DNA of 64,000 nucleotides from Escherichia coli (GTDB lineage Bacteria; Pseudomonadota; Gammaproteobacteria; Enterobacterales; Enterobacteriaceae): NCBI RefSeq assembly GCF_044324875.1, contig NZ_CP172185.1; one strand, 5' to 3'. Shown piece by piece: positions 10,413 to 21,204 of this stretch (position 1 is its first letter; each line of letters starts with the position of its first letter). The notes under the pieces were generated by a model. It saw only the letters and a program-made list of their open reading frames with translations, ran no database searches and was not told where the DNA came from. The position numbers and the translations under genes were made by a program.

Positions 10413-11951
10413 TTATTCAGCTGGCAGTGCTATGCGCCACGGAAGCAGTTCGCTGACCCGGTTGACCGGCCAGTCTGCTATGACGCCAAGCACATGGCGA
10501 AGGTAGCTTTCTGGATCCACGTCATTCAGTTTGCACGTCCCTATCAGGCTGTACAGTAGCGCTCCCCGCTCACCACCATGGCCAGAGCCGAAGAACAGGA
10601 AGTTTTTACGACCCAGACTTACCGCCCGCAGGGCATTTTCAGCGATGTTGTTGTCGATTTCCACCCAGCCATCGTTCGCATAGTACGTCAGTGCCGGCCA
10701 CTGGTTAAGTGCGTACGCGAACGCCTTCGCCAACTCTGAGTGTCGCGACAGGGTCTTCATCTTTTCACGCAACCAGCTTTCCAGGGATTTCAACAGCGGT
10801 TTCGTTTTTCGCTGACGTTCAGCAAGCCGCTGCTCTGCCGGCATTCCCCTTATATCCGCCTCTATGGCGTACAACTGACCGATCTGCTCCAGGGCTTCTT
10901 CCGTCAGTGCTGACGGGATGCGGACGTGCACATCGTGGATCTTTCGGCGGGCATGAGCCCAGCAGGCAGCTTCCGTTATCCCACCATTGCGATACAGCTC
11001 GTTGAACCCGGCGTACGCATCCGCTTGCAGCACACCGCTGAAGCAAGCAAGATGAGTCTGCGGATGGATGCCTTTTCTGTCCGGGCTGTAAGCGAACCAC
11101 ACTGCAGGTGCCAACGCTGACCCGGCATTGCGGTCATCACGAACATACGCCCACAACCGCCCGGTCTTCGTCTTCTTATTACCCGGCATCAGTACCTGGA
11201 CCGGGGTATCATCGGCATGGAGTTTGCCGTCAGTCATGACATAGCCATGAAGCGCCTCTTCCAGCGGAGACAGCAGCCGGCAGCATGCATCCACCCAGCC
11301 CGACAGCAGTGAACGGCTCAGCTCCACACCTTGCCGGCCGTATATTTCTGACTGGCGATACAGCGGGGTGTGCTCTGCATACTTCGAGGTCAGCACGCGG
11401 GCCAGCAGCCCCGGTCCGGCGATACCCCGCTCGATGGGCCGCGAAGGTGCAGGTGCCTGCACGATGGCATCGCACTGAGTACAGGCATGTTTTTCCCGTA
11501 CCGTCCGGATAACCCGGAAGGCGCTACGCATCAACTCCAGCTGTTCGGCGGTATCCTCGCCCAGATAGCTCAGTGAACCGCCGCAGTTCGGGCAGCACGG
11601 CGCCGCAGGCAACAGTCGCTTTTCGTCACGGGGTAGTGATTCAGGGAACGGCTTACGGATGCGGGTCTGACGCAACGGACGCTGTACTGCCGGGTCATAC
11701 ACCCTACCAGTCAGCGTATCGCTCTCTTTCTGAAGCCGGTTCAGATCGGCTTCCATTTGTGCGATACGGCGGGAGACTTTTTCGGAACGACTGCCGAAGT
11801 TCATCCGGCGGAGTTTATCCAGCTGCGCCTGCAGATGGTCTATTTCGCGCTCCCGGTTGCTCAGCTTTTCCTGCAGGGCGTGGATCAGCGCTTCCTGTTC
11901 GGCCAGGCGCTGTTTCAGCAGGAAGATGTCGTCAGAAGAGATGTCGTTCAT
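10413..11951 (-). CDS. IS66-family transposase TnpC
   Basis: 512-aa ORF with leucine-zipper N-terminus, CCPNCGG zinc motif and DDE-type core. Confidence 0.9.
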   Translation of the reverse strand: MNDISSDDIFLLKQRLAEQEALIHALQEKLSNREREIDHLQAQLDKLRRMNFGSRSEKVSRRIAQMEADLNRLQKESDTLTGRVYDPAVQRPLRQTRIRKPFPESLPRDEKRLLPAAPCCPNCGGSLSYLGEDTAEQLELMRSAFRVIRTVREKHACTQCDAIVQAPAPSRPIERGIAGPGLLARVLTSKYAEHTPLYRQSEIYGRQGVELSRSLLSGWVDACCRLLSPLEEALHGYVMTDGKLHADDTPVQVLMPGNKKTKTGRLWAYVRDDRNAGSALAPAVWFAYSPDRKGIHPQTHLACFSGVLQADAYAGFNELYRNGGITEAACWAHARRKIHDVHVRIPSALTEEALEQIGQLYAIEADIRGMPAEQRLAERQRKTKPLLKSLESWLREKMKTLSRHSELAKAFAYALNQWPALTYYANDGWVEIDNNIAENALRAVSLGRKNFLFFGSGHGGERGALLYSLIGTCKLNDVDPESYLRHVLGVIADWPVNRVSELLPWRIALPAE

Positions 11952-12000
11952 AAGCCCGTATTTTACCGGGCTTATTCTGTGACAACCAGGATAAAGAGAT

Positions 12001-12348
12001 TTACAGCATGGTCAGGGAGGTCAGCAGCCGCTTAGGCTGTCGCCAGTCGATACCTTCCAGCAGCATCGCCAGCTGCGCCTGTGTAAGGAACACTTTGCCA
12101 TCACGGGCTGACGGCCAGGCGAAGCGCCCACGCTCCAGCCGTTTGGTCAGGAGGCACAGTCCGTCACCGGTGGACCACAGCAGTTTAACCTGACTGCCGC
12201 TGCGGCCCCGGAAAATGAAAACATGGCCGGACATGGGATCGTCTTTCAGCGCCGTCTGTACTTTCGCAGCCAGGCCGTTGAAGCCATTTCTCATATCGGT
12301 GATACCGGCAACCAGCCAAATTTTGGTCCCGGAAGGTAAAGGGATCAT
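12001..12348 (-). CDS. IS66-family TnpB (Orf2)
   Basis: 115-aa [33 protein letters not shown]..., typical IS66 Orf2. Confidence 0.9.
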   Translation of the reverse strand: MIPLPSGTKIWLVAGITDMRNGFNGLAAKVQTALKDDPMSGHVFIFRGRSGSQVKLLWSTGDGLCLLTKRLERGRFAWPSARDGKVFLTQAQLAMLLEGIDWRQPKRLLTSLTML

Positions 12349-12746
12349 CGCTTCAGTTCCTGTATCAGCAGAGTCAGGAGCTTTTCGCTGACATTGCCAT
12401 TGAAGCGGAGCGTCCCGTGCCGGAACGTTACCTCACAGCTGATACTGAGGGTTTCCGGGTCCTCTGCGAGCGATTCTGGCTGTTCGGCAGCTGCATCGAG
12501 AGTCACAGGAAGTAGCTGGGGGCTCTCTGAAGAAGGTAATAGCAGCTTTCCCTCGCGCCATTGTTGTCGCCATTTGAACAACAGATTGGCGTTAATGCCA
12601 TTTTCAAGAGCAAGTTTTGAGATGGATATCCCGGGTTCACAGGAGGCAGCAACGAGCTGCTGTTTAAATTCGGGAGGATAATTAGGGCAGCCTTTTCGCC
12701 TGCCGGGAGTCACATTTTTCTGCATATCTGACACTTTGGTTCCCAC
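12345..12746 (-). CDS. IS66-family TnpA (Orf1)
   Basis: 133-aa ORF, 4-bp overlap with tnpB as usual in IS66. Confidence 0.85.
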   Translation of the reverse strand: MGTKVSDMQKNVTPGRRKGCPNYPPEFKQQLVAASCEPGISISKLALENGINANLLFKWRQQWREGKLLLPSSESPQLLPVTLDAAAEQPESLAEDPETLSISCEVTFRHGTLRFNGNVSEKLLTLLIQELKR

Positions 12747-13000
12747 TACTTATTTGGTGGACACCACTTTGTCTAATTCGTCAGATTCTGACCAGACGGT
12801 TCAGGCTGTACGCTTACCTTCATTACATTCTCCCTAATCAATGATGTAAATAAAAAGCCGGTACCCACAGTGTGTGGATACCGGCATGTGTGTTATTCCG
12901 CGCCCCTGTGAGGCGCTAACGCTGTGGTGGTGTTTTTCTGCCCTGAATTTCATGGACGGCCGTGTCTTTCTGCAGGTTATTACAAGGGTGATTATTGCTT

Positions 13001-13045
13001 TGTCGATCGATATAAACGATCGATAAAATAGCTACGATCGATATA
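13001..13045 (-). promoter_or_regulatory. agn43-type phase-variation switch: three closely spaced GATC (Dam) sites, candidate OxyR operator
   Basis: GATC at 13005, 13018 and 13036 in GTCGATCGATATAAACGATCGATAAAATAGCTACGATCGATA, about 175 bp upstream of the pre-insertion flu start; now 2.4 kb from flu because of the IS66 insertion. Confidence 0.65.
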
Positions 13046-13160
13046 TTCTATTAACCAGAAAGGTAGTGTGCAAGAGAATGAGTTGCATACATGACTGTTT
13101 GCACCATGTTTTCATGGGGTTACAAAAATGTAACAGCAGACAGGAACATCACCGCAGGTT

Positions 13161-14033
13161 TCAGAAGAAAATCCAGTTCCATACCGCGCGGGCAACAGAG
13201 ACCACGGTGTCACGAACAGCACGCAGAACCGCGCGTGCAACAGTGGCAACACAGACGCTCTCCGCTGTATCAAATATCCGGTCCACCGCACCGGTAAACT
13301 GTTCACGGGCCTGAGAGCGGACAGACTCCGTACGCAGTTCTTCCTGCAGGCGGGTCATCAGGGGACTGGCGGCATGGCCGGGAAGCGCTGTCATGAGCGC
13401 ACTGACCAGCGTATCCAGTTCCCAGCCGGTGCGGGCCGATACGGCAACAACCGGATGTACGGGCCGGAACAGACGGAATACCGCCTCCGTTTTCTCGCGA
13501 ATATTCCGTGCCTGTGCGGGAGAAGGCTGAATGCCGGCCACATCCCATTCGTGGCAGGGCTCCGTTTTGTCGGCCTGCGTCACCACAAACAGCACCTGCT
13601 GATGTCCGCGTTGCAGGATGTGTCGCCAGAAATACTCATCCACAGACAGGGCACGGTCATCGGCTTTAATCAGCCACAGCACCAGGTCCAGTTCTGGCAG
13701 AATGTCACGGTACAGGGCTTCATACTCTGCATCCCTGTCACGGCTCTCGCCCACCCCGGGCAGGTCTGTGATAACCATGCTGCAACCGTGGCCGCTCAGA
13801 CGGAAGCGCCGTACTTCCCGGGTGCCGGCGTGAACATCGCTGACCGGGGTGACTTCTCCCTGAAACAGTGCATTACAGAGTGAGGATTTACCGGCCCCGC
13901 TTTTACCCATAATGCCAATCACGGGTTCGTGACTGGTGAGTTTGCGCAGATGTTCGAGAATATGGCGGGAAAGTGAGTAAGGCAGGGAGGATAGGGGTTT
14001 TTCAATTGCCTCAATGGCATCAGACGGATTCAT
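13161..14033 (-). CDS. YeeP/YfjP/YkfA-family GTPase
   Basis: MNPSDAIEAIEKPLSSLPYSLSRHILEHLRKL... with P-loop GKSGAGKSS and DLPGVGE; start at ATG 14033. Confidence 0.8.
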   Translation of the reverse strand: MNPSDAIEAIEKPLSSLPYSLSRHILEHLRKLTSHEPVIGIMGKSGAGKSSLCNALFQGEVTPVSDVHAGTREVRRFRLSGHGCSMVITDLPGVGESRDRDAEYEALYRDILPELDLVLWLIKADDRALSVDEYFWRHILQRGHQQVLFVVTQADKTEPCHEWDVAGIQPSPAQARNIREKTEAVFRLFRPVHPVVAVSARTGWELDTLVSALMTALPGHAASPLMTRLQEELRTESVRSQAREQFTGAVDRIFDTAESVCVATVARAVLRAVRDTVVSVARAVWNWIFF

Positions 14034-14392
14034 ATATGTGTTCCCGGTGAAAAAAGACAAAACCCCGCGCACCGGAAAGGTGGCGGGGGTTCCACGGAGA
14101 TGATATCTGTCTGAAATTATTTAGAATATCACTGTATTCCGGCGTGACAGAGTCTGATGACGGACTTATTCCGTTCCGGTCACCGGCAGGCACATCGGTA
14201 ATACGCTGTTTTATTAAAGATACTGTGATTAGAGATATGTAAATAACCGCTCAGAATGTTCTGTTATGTCACTCACCATGAACAGCACACCGTAACGGTG
14301 AAAGAAGAACAAGATAATCAACTTCCCCGTGATTGCCATCAGAAATTATTTTATCCTTGACAATATTATATGTTTTATTTCGGTAAACAATA

Positions 14393-14899
14393 ATGGAGTG
14401 CATCGTGAAAAAAATGACTGCCCCGGAGCAGGAGGAAATACTGATGAAGCCCATGGTGATTGCGCTCAACGCAGCCATTCGGGCCGGGAGAATCAACCTT
14501 AACGGCAAATCAGAAGATACGGACAGTAAAGGATTCATGCGTACGGATATTGACGGAATGCCCACTGTCATTAACTGGACCGATAACGGGTATGATGAAC
14601 TGCGTGTATCAGTATGGGTTGATTACCGGCCGGATGAGGTCGCCAGATTCAGATCGCGTTATAAACCTGATCTCAGTCCTGAAACAGCCCTGCCCCGTGA
14701 AGACAGACTGTTATTCAGACATTTTGTGATGATTTGCTGCAGTTGTTATCTGGAGAGAAAAACAGGTAAGTTCATCATTGGCACTGAAGGAAACCGGCTG
14801 TTTGGTAAATATATTCGTGATGACGCTCCGGAGAGAATTTCAGATATTGAAGACGAAGAGCCGGAAGGATATGACCTTTTCGGGAAAGTCGAAGAATGA
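14393..14899 (+). CDS. hypothetical protein (family not recognised)
   Basis: 168-aa ORF in AT-rich DNA, divergent from the YeeP-like gene; acidic C-terminus; start uncertain. Confidence 0.35.
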   Translation: MECIVKKMTAPEQEEILMKPMVIALNAAIRAGRINLNGKSEDTDSKGFMRTDIDGMPTVINWTDNGYDELRVSVWVDYRPDEVARFRSRYKPDLSPETALPREDRLLFRHFVMICCSCYLERKTGKFIIGTEGNRLFGKYIRDDAPERISDIEDEEPEGYDLFGKVEE

Positions 14900-15497
14900 A
14901 CGGTAAGCAGGCTCAGTCTGATGAAATGGTCAGGACCCACAGGAAAGAAGAACACGTCTCATCTCACCACAGGTCGTCTGACCTGCACGCATGACAAAAC
15001 GTCATGCGTAAGCCGATGAGTGAAACCGCTGTCAACAGAATTATAAAGCGAACCGTCCAGGATGACCGTGCAACAGACCATGGATTCCATCGCACTGCAC
15101 TTTATCCCCGCCCTTCTGGTGAGCACTACGCCACCGGAAGGATGACGCACCGAACAGGAAGAATAATTATTCTTTTATTTAAAGAATTTTATATAAAACA
15201 GAAACCTCCATACTAAATCAATAAACTGAGACCTTCACAGCATCACCCACCACCCACAGTGATATATAACAAAAAAGATACAATCACAGGCAAATACCAC
15301 GCTGAAAAACATTCAGCACAATTCAATTACGCCAGTGAGTAATCCGGTAACAGTATTACATACCTTCCTGCCAGAATCTCCACTCACATAAATTGTCAAA
15401 TAATTGCAAAAATTTACAATTAAAACGTATTGAAAATAATTTCTATTACCATTTAATAAAGTACTCCCTGATTACCTGATTAAGTGAGTCATCAAAC

Positions 15498-16547
15498 ATG
15501 AAACTTTTCAGTTCAAAACAGCGGACAAAAATTTATTTCAAACGGACTGTAATACCAGCAACTTTTCTTTTCGCATCATTTCCCGCTTTTTCACAGGATA
15601 TTGTCACCCTTTATACAACCAGAGAGCCCGGCCTGATTAAGCCACTTCTGGACAGCTGGACAAAAAGCAGCGGTATAAATGTTAATACGGTTTATATCAA
15701 GGACGGTATGCTGGAGCGGATTAAAGCTGAAGGAAAAAATTCTCCAGCCGATCTACTGATGACCGTCGATGCCGGAAATCTCATTGATTTAGTCGAAGCG
15801 GGAGTCACTCAGCCTGTTGAATCTGAAATACTGAAAACGGCCATTCCGGCAAATCTTCGTGGAGAAAATAACCACTGGTTTGCTTTATCCATGCGGGCCC
15901 GGGTACTGTATGCAGAAAAAAACTTCCCCATTGACAGCCTGCATTATGAACAACTCGCCAGCCCTGAATACAAAGGCAGGGTCTGCATGCGTTCAGGGCA
16001 GCACCCTTATAATACAGCATTGATTGCTGCCATGATCGCCCACCACGGAGAAGAAAAAGCAGAGGAGTGGTTACACGGTCTTAAAACCAACCTGTCACGA
16101 AAAGCAACGGGGGGCGATCGCGACATAGCCCGCGATATTTTAGGAGGGATATGTGACATCGGACTTGCGAATTCTTATTACGTCGGTCATATGAAAAATG
16201 CCAAAGAAGGGACAGATGCACGCAAATGGGGAGATGCAATTAAAGTAATCAAACCAGCCTTCGTGCAGGGAGGGACCCATGTCAACATAACCGGCGCAGC
16301 CGTTGCTCGTTATGCACCGAACAAAGAAAATGCAATAAAACTGATGGAGTATCTCATATCTGTTCCGGCGCAGCAGCAATATGCCAAAGCTAACTTTGAG
16401 TACCCGGTACTCAAAGGCGTTGATCTTGACCCTGTCATCAGAACCACTATTGGTGAAATAGATGTCGATAAAATTCCGTTAACTGACATCGTAAAGAACC
16501 GCAAACAGGCAAGCTTACTGGTAGATAAAGTTGGGTTCGATCAATAA
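15498..16547 (+). CDS. afuA: ferric iron ABC transporter periplasmic binding protein (FbpA/AfuA family)
   Basis: 349-aa ORF with signal peptide and FbpA-like sequence; first gene of a binding-protein/permease/ATPase triplet. Confidence 0.85.
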   Translation: MKLFSSKQRTKIYFKRTVIPATFLFASFPAFSQDIVTLYTTREPGLIKPLLDSWTKSSGINVNTVYIKDGMLERIKAEGKNSPADLLMTVDAGNLIDLVEAGVTQPVESEILKTAIPANLRGENNHWFALSMRARVLYAEKNFPIDSLHYEQLASPEYKGRVCMRSGQHPYNTALIAAMIAHHGEEKAEEWLHGLKTNLSRKATGGDRDIARDILGGICDIGLANSYYVGHMKNAKEGTDARKWGDAIKVIKPAFVQGGTHVNITGAAVARYAPNKENAIKLMEYLISVPAQQQYAKANFEYPVLKGVDLDPVIRTTIGEIDVDKIPLTDIVKNRKQASLLVDKVGFDQ

Positions 16548-18219
16548 ATCATTTTGGGCTTTAGTGTGGCGTTATCTTTTTTCTGCATTACGTTCCACGC
16601 TAAAGCCTTTACATCTGTGCTCGCTGTGTATCGCACTGGGTGTTCTTACACCTGTCATAACGTTATTCTGGCTGGCAACAGATGCAGACAGTTCGCAATG
16701 GAGCGGTTTTTTAACGTTTGTGCTACCTTCCGCTCTGCAGAATACCGTTATTCTGTTAACGGGTGTTGCTGTAATGACATGCGTTCTTGGTGTGGGGTGC
16801 GCCTGGGCAGTGACTGTCTGGGATTTTCCCGGCCGAAAAATGCTCAGCTGGGCATTAGTGTTACCTCTGGCCATGCCTGCCTATATTGTTGCTTTTGCAT
16901 GGCTCGATCTCCTGCATCCCCTGGGGCCTCTGCAAAATTTTATCCGTCTTTTATCGGGATTTGACAGTCCCCGTCAGTTTCGTCTGCCGGATTTGCGCTC
17001 CCTTCCCGGAGCGATAATATTACTCGGTCTTGTACTGTATCCTTATGTCTACCTGACCTGCCGACCGGTGTTTATCAATCAGTCCGCTCACTTACTGGAG
17101 GCAGCACGAACATTAGGTTGTGGCCCTGTCTCTGCTTTTTTCCGGGTAACGCTACCTCTGGCACGCCCAGCAATAGTGACAGGTATGAGTCTGGCCCTTC
17201 TGGAAACCCTGAACGACATTGGTGCATCTGAATTTCTCGGTATCCGGACAATCACAGTAACAGTCTACACCACATGGATATCACGCTCTGATCTTGCCGG
17301 TGCTGCACAAATTGCCGGCATAGTTCTGACATTTGTCTTCATGATTCTGGGTCTTGAATTTTTGTTCCGGAGAAAACAGGTATTCAGTAGTCGCAGTATG
17401 CGGGGAATACAACAAATCAGGATTTATGGCTGGCGTGGATGGTTGCTGTGCAGCATTACAGCACTGCCCGTTATTCTGGGATTTTGCGCACCTGTATTAT
17501 TCCTGGGATGGGAAAGTGCAAAGCGTCTCGGAGAAGGGATTACGATATCTTCATCATTGCTGTCAGCACTGAAAAATACATTGTTTCTCGCATCCGGTAC
17601 GACCCTGATTGTATCAGGGGTCAGTTTACTGGTGGTCTGGAGCGCACGGCACAGTGTACTGAACAGCCGTTTCATCGAATTCCGACGAACGGTCATGCAC
17701 CTGGCATCTTCAGGATATGCTGTTCCCGGTACTATTCTTGCTATCGGCTTTCTGCCGCCTGCAATGCTGGTTGATCACTGGCTCGCTGGTCTTCTTAATA
17801 TCAGCGGCCTTCCCCTCATGTCTGCAGGTATACTGTTAGTTATTTGCTGTGCGATTCGTTTCCTGGCCATTTCAACCGGAGCGCTTGATTCAGCCCTTGG
17901 TCGCATACCGCCGTCACTGGAACAGGCATCACGATTACTGGGAGAAAATGGCGCAGGGACTTTTGTCAGAGTTCATTTGCCATTACTTCGCCCTGCTCTG
18001 ATCAGCAGTGCGCTGCTGGTTTTCTCCGACGTGATGAAAGAACTGCCGACCACCTTACTGCTACGACCTGTTAACTTTGAGACCCTGTCCACACTCCTGT
18101 ATGCGGAAGCGGCACGTGGAACCTACGAACAGGGCGCAATTGCTGCACTGTTAATCGTACTTGCCGGCATACTCCCTGTGATTTTATTAGTACGCAGGCA
18201 AATGAACAGTCACCACTAA
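16531..18219 (+). CDS. afuB: ferric iron ABC transporter permease, two-domain (FbpB/AfuB family)
   Basis: Highly hydrophobic 562-aa ORF; overlaps afuA stop; true start codon uncertain (track ORF begins at TTG). Confidence 0.8.
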   Translation: MGSINKSFWALVWRYLFSALRSTLKPLHLCSLCIALGVLTPVITLFWLATDADSSQWSGFLTFVLPSALQNTVILLTGVAVMTCVLGVGCAWAVTVWDFPGRKMLSWALVLPLAMPAYIVAFAWLDLLHPLGPLQNFIRLLSGFDSPRQFRLPDLRSLPGAIILLGLVLYPYVYLTCRPVFINQSAHLLEAARTLGCGPVSAFFRVTLPLARPAIVTGMSLALLETLNDIGASEFLGIRTITVTVYTTWISRSDLAGAAQIAGIVLTFVFMILGLEFLFRRKQVFSSRSMRGIQQIRIYGWRGWLLCSITALPVILGFCAPVLFLGWESAKRLGEGITISSSLLSALKNTLFLASGTTLIVSGVSLLVVWSARHSVLNSRFIEFRRTVMHLASSGYAVPGTILAIGFLPPAMLVDHWLAGLLNISGLPLMSAGILLVICCAIRFLAISTGALDSALGRIPPSLEQASRLLGENGAGTFVRVHLPLLRPALISSALLVFSDVMKELPTTLLLRPVNFETLSTLLYAEAARGTYEQGAIAALLIVLAGILPVILLVRRQMNSHH

Positions 18220-18234
18220 AGGAACCCAACCACC

Positions 18235-18912
18235 ATGTCAGAAATTGCCCTGAGTCTTAATGATGTTCATGTTGTTTATACCAGAAGCAGACAGGTCGTG
18301 TTACAGGGTTTTTCAATGTCCGTTCATAAAGGTGAACTTGTATGTCTGCTTGGCGTTTCAGGTTGTGGAAAAACAACCGTATTACGAACTGTAGCAGGCC
18401 TGGAACGATTACAACAAGGTGAAATATTCATATCACAACGCTGTGTAGCCGGAGCCGGAATTCATCTCCCCCCGGAAAAGCGCAGGGTCGGAATGGTCTT
18501 TCAGGAATATGCTCTGTTTCCCCACCTGACAGTAACACAAAATGTAGCCTTTGGTCTGCGCCATCTGCCTTATGAACTACAGCATGCCAGAGTCACTGAA
18601 CTTCTGAAAATGGTTGAATTATTATCCTGTGCAAAGCGCTATCCTCATGAACTCTCAGGTGGACAGCAACAACGTATTGCACTTGCCAGAGCACTGGCCC
18701 CGGCCCCTGATATTTTGTTACTGGATGAGCCATTTTCCAGTCTGGATAAACAAACCAGTGAATACCTAGTGAAAGAAGTACGGGACCTGTTACGTAGTTC
18801 AGGTCAGACAGCCCTGATCGTTACTCATAATGAATCAGAAGCACTCGAAATATCAAACCGTATTTGTATCATGACGGAGGGTAATATAAGTTCGGTTCAG
18901 TCTGTGGTCTGA
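18235..18912 (+). CDS. afuC: ferric iron ABC transporter ATP-binding protein, short form (FbpC/AfuC family)
   Basis: Walker A GVSGCGKT, signature LSGGQQQR, Walker B LLDEPFSSLD, H-loop VTHN; only 225 aa, so the C-terminal regulatory domain seen in longer FbpC proteins is absent. Confidence 0.8.
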   Translation: MSEIALSLNDVHVVYTRSRQVVLQGFSMSVHKGELVCLLGVSGCGKTTVLRTVAGLERLQQGEIFISQRCVAGAGIHLPPEKRRVGMVFQEYALFPHLTVTQNVAFGLRHLPYELQHARVTELLKMVELLSCAKRYPHELSGGQQQRIALARALAPAPDILLLDEPFSSLDKQTSEYLVKEVRDLLRSSGQTALIVTHNESEALEISNRICIMTEGNISSVQSVV

Positions 18913-19720
18913 GACGTAACCGCACATTCAGGATCCCCTGTTCGTCATGGAAGCTGTATTATGTAACTATATGGAGGCATAGCAGATATTGTTGAAGAAA
19001 TACATCAAAAACACTCACATTTCTGGTACAACAGGAGTTGTAGATTTAATGATTATTGGGACGAAGTTACTACAGAAAAGCTGTACCGGGAACAGGTATG
19101 GTAGTTCCTTGTCACGTGTGGATTAAATGAGCATAATGCAGATCAATTACAAAAGGCATTTCGTAATAGCTCTGTTGTTGATTCGGTTACCATGATGGCT
19201 GTGGCAAGAGCCACCATGTGACTATACATGATATAATTATTTGTGTGATGTTGTTATACCTGAACAACAGGCATGAGATAATGGAAAAAATTATACATAT
19301 AACTCGGCTTTCCCATACTCCACTACAGAACAGTATATGATTCTGAACATTTCAATCCAGGCGCATTACATAACTATATTACATGTAACTATCTGGCCCT
19401 CAAATCATCGAGAGAATTGTTTAAAGTCAGCAGTCATAATCTGAATATAGATCATTATCACATAATTTAATTCTTAATTCACTACATTTTCCCTTGAATC
19501 CGGTATAATAAGACAGAGCACATGGCTGATGCTTTGTTTCGGTGTGGATAATCTGGTGGCGTCGGCTATGTGCTCTCAACAGTTAACTTATTATGAATAC
19601 TATTATCAATACAGGTTTTACATAAAAAAATAAAAAGCATCTCCTGATATCAGCCCAGTCTCTTTGGGCTAACCAGAATTATACATAAGCTATGCAGATA
19701 TTAATTTGCATACAAAACCA

Positions 19721-20203
19721 TTATTTTCTTGAGCACACTATACTAATGTATCCCAGAAGAGGTCCTGTGCATAATCCTGTTGCTGCCCATAATACAGCAA
19801 GTGAAATATCAGGACCATCTGTATCCGGATAAAATCCTCCATAATAAACAGCAAATACAGTAGAGTATGCATTGAATGCAGGTAAACTACTGTTCATGCA
19901 CGGTATCTGAAGGAGTAAAAGAAGAACATACACTGTTATTATTACTGATATAATGATTGCCAACATGGCAGAAATGTGCAGGGATATCATGTAATTTATA
20001 GCAGCAATACATAACACAGACGTTGCTATACCGGGAAGTAATGAAGCATAAATTTTCTTTAATATGTCAGGCGTCGCTCCCAGAGCATAGTACCATGCCC
20101 AGCCAATAAATATAGCCCACACAGGAATATTAATCCCCGGCCATGAAGCCAGGCATGACATCCCTGCTAACAGGGCTATGGTAAGATTCATCGGTAATTT
20201 CAT
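19721..20203 (-). CDS. hypothetical inner-membrane protein
   Basis: 160-aa hydrophobic ORF, last gene of the minus-strand pxp-like operon. Confidence 0.55.
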   Translation of the reverse strand: MKLPMNLTIALLAGMSCLASWPGINIPVWAIFIGWAWYYALGATPDILKKIYASLLPGIATSVLCIAAINYMISLHISAMLAIIISVIITVYVLLLLLQIPCMNSSLPAFNAYSTVFAVYYGGFYPDTDGPDISLAVLWAATGLCTGPLLGYISIVCSRK

Positions 20204-20217
20204 TTCAGACGCACCTG

Positions 20218-21204
20218 TTATGAGCCATAAGATAATGAATTAATGAGAAGGTTGAGTCTTTCATTAAATTCTTTACGGATTTCCAGAGCTTTATCCATAC
20301 TGACTTGTGAAAATGTCACACTGGAGCCGGGTGCAAGTTGAGCCAGAATATCGAGATCAGTACTCACTACTGTCCCCACTGTCATATATCCCCCTCCTGA
20401 TACAGCATCCCTGTGCAAAACTATTGGTGTGCTTCCAGAGGGAACCTGAATTGATCCCACGGGATAACAGGCATCAACGATATTTGATGGATCTGAACCA
20501 GCACCAAATGGCGGGTGCCGATCAACAAAATTAAGTGAGCGCCCTCCCTGAAACCTGAAACCTGTTCTGTCTGAATCCTTACTGATCTTCCATACATCAT
20601 CAAAAAAACTTTCAACTGATTCCTGTTTCAGGCGATGGATATACATTCCGGGTACAACACGTAATTCATTTTCTTTAGTAAAAACTGGACGTAACTCATC
20701 TGGCAGAGTGTAATTTATACGCCCTTTATTACATATTGCTTCCTGTACGGGTAATTCATCTCCGGCCTGTAACCGACGTCCTTTATAACCACCAAGACTG
20801 CCAAGGAGGTAAGTAGAACGACTTCCGGCAATAACAGGGACATTAATACCTCCCGCGATGGCAAGGTAACAGCGTACACCCACCGTGGTGTATGCGATTT
20901 TTAATATCTGTCCTTTCCGGGCTAACAGGGATGTATTCACCGGAACACTCTGATTATCCAGGGTCACCGTAAAAGGGGCACCGCTGACTGCAAAAAGAGT
21001 ATCCTGCTCAAACAAGAGTTCGGGCCCCAGTAATGTGCATTCCAGCGCTGCATCAAACGGGTGATTACCGACAAGCAAATTGGCGGTAACTAACCCTGTA
21101 CGATCTAATGCACCGGATGGCGGGATCCCGAGATGATAAAAGCCTTCTCGTCCTCCGTCCTGAACGGACGTGGATAATCCGGGCGTCAATACTTTAATTC
21201 CCAT
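20218..21204 (-). CDS. KipA/PxpC-like protein (allophanate hydrolase subunit 2 family)
   Basis: Translation from MGIKVLTPGLSTSVQDGGREGFYHLGIPPSGALD...; start trimmed to ATG 21204. Confidence 0.8.
   Translation of the reverse strand: MGIKVLTPGLSTSVQDGGREGFYHLGIPPSGALDRTGLVTANLLVGNHPFDAALECTLLGPELLFEQDTLFAVSGAPFTVTLDNQSVPVNTSLLARKGQILKIAYTTVGVRCYLAIAGGINVPVIAGSRSTYLLGSLGGYKGRRLQAGDELPVQEAICNKGRINYTLPDELRPVFTKENELRVVPGMYIHRLKQESVESFFDDVWKISKDSDRTGFRFQGGRSLNFVDRHPPFGAGSDPSNIVDACYPVGSIQVPSGSTPIVLHRDAVSGGGYMTVGTVVSTDLDILAQLAPGSSVTFSQVSMDKALEIRKEFNERLNLLINSLSYGS

Larger units (their letters stand above)
10376..12817 (-). mobile_element. IS66-family insertion sequence (2442 bp), complete
   Basis: Terminal IRs GTAAGCGTACAGC at both ends; three ORFs tnpA-tnpB-tnpC; perfect 8-bp target-site duplication CTTCATTA at 10368-10375 and 12818-12825. 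Confidence 0.9.

Noticed and set aside
18235-18912. Calling afuC a pseudogene because it is short
   Set aside because: All ATP-binding cassette motifs are present and the ORF ends at a normal stop; kept as a CDS with a note on the missing C-terminal domain.
18913-19720. Possible coding sequence in the AT-rich gap after afuC
   Set aside because: Translations show short protein-like runs broken by stops in all frames; nothing long enough to call.
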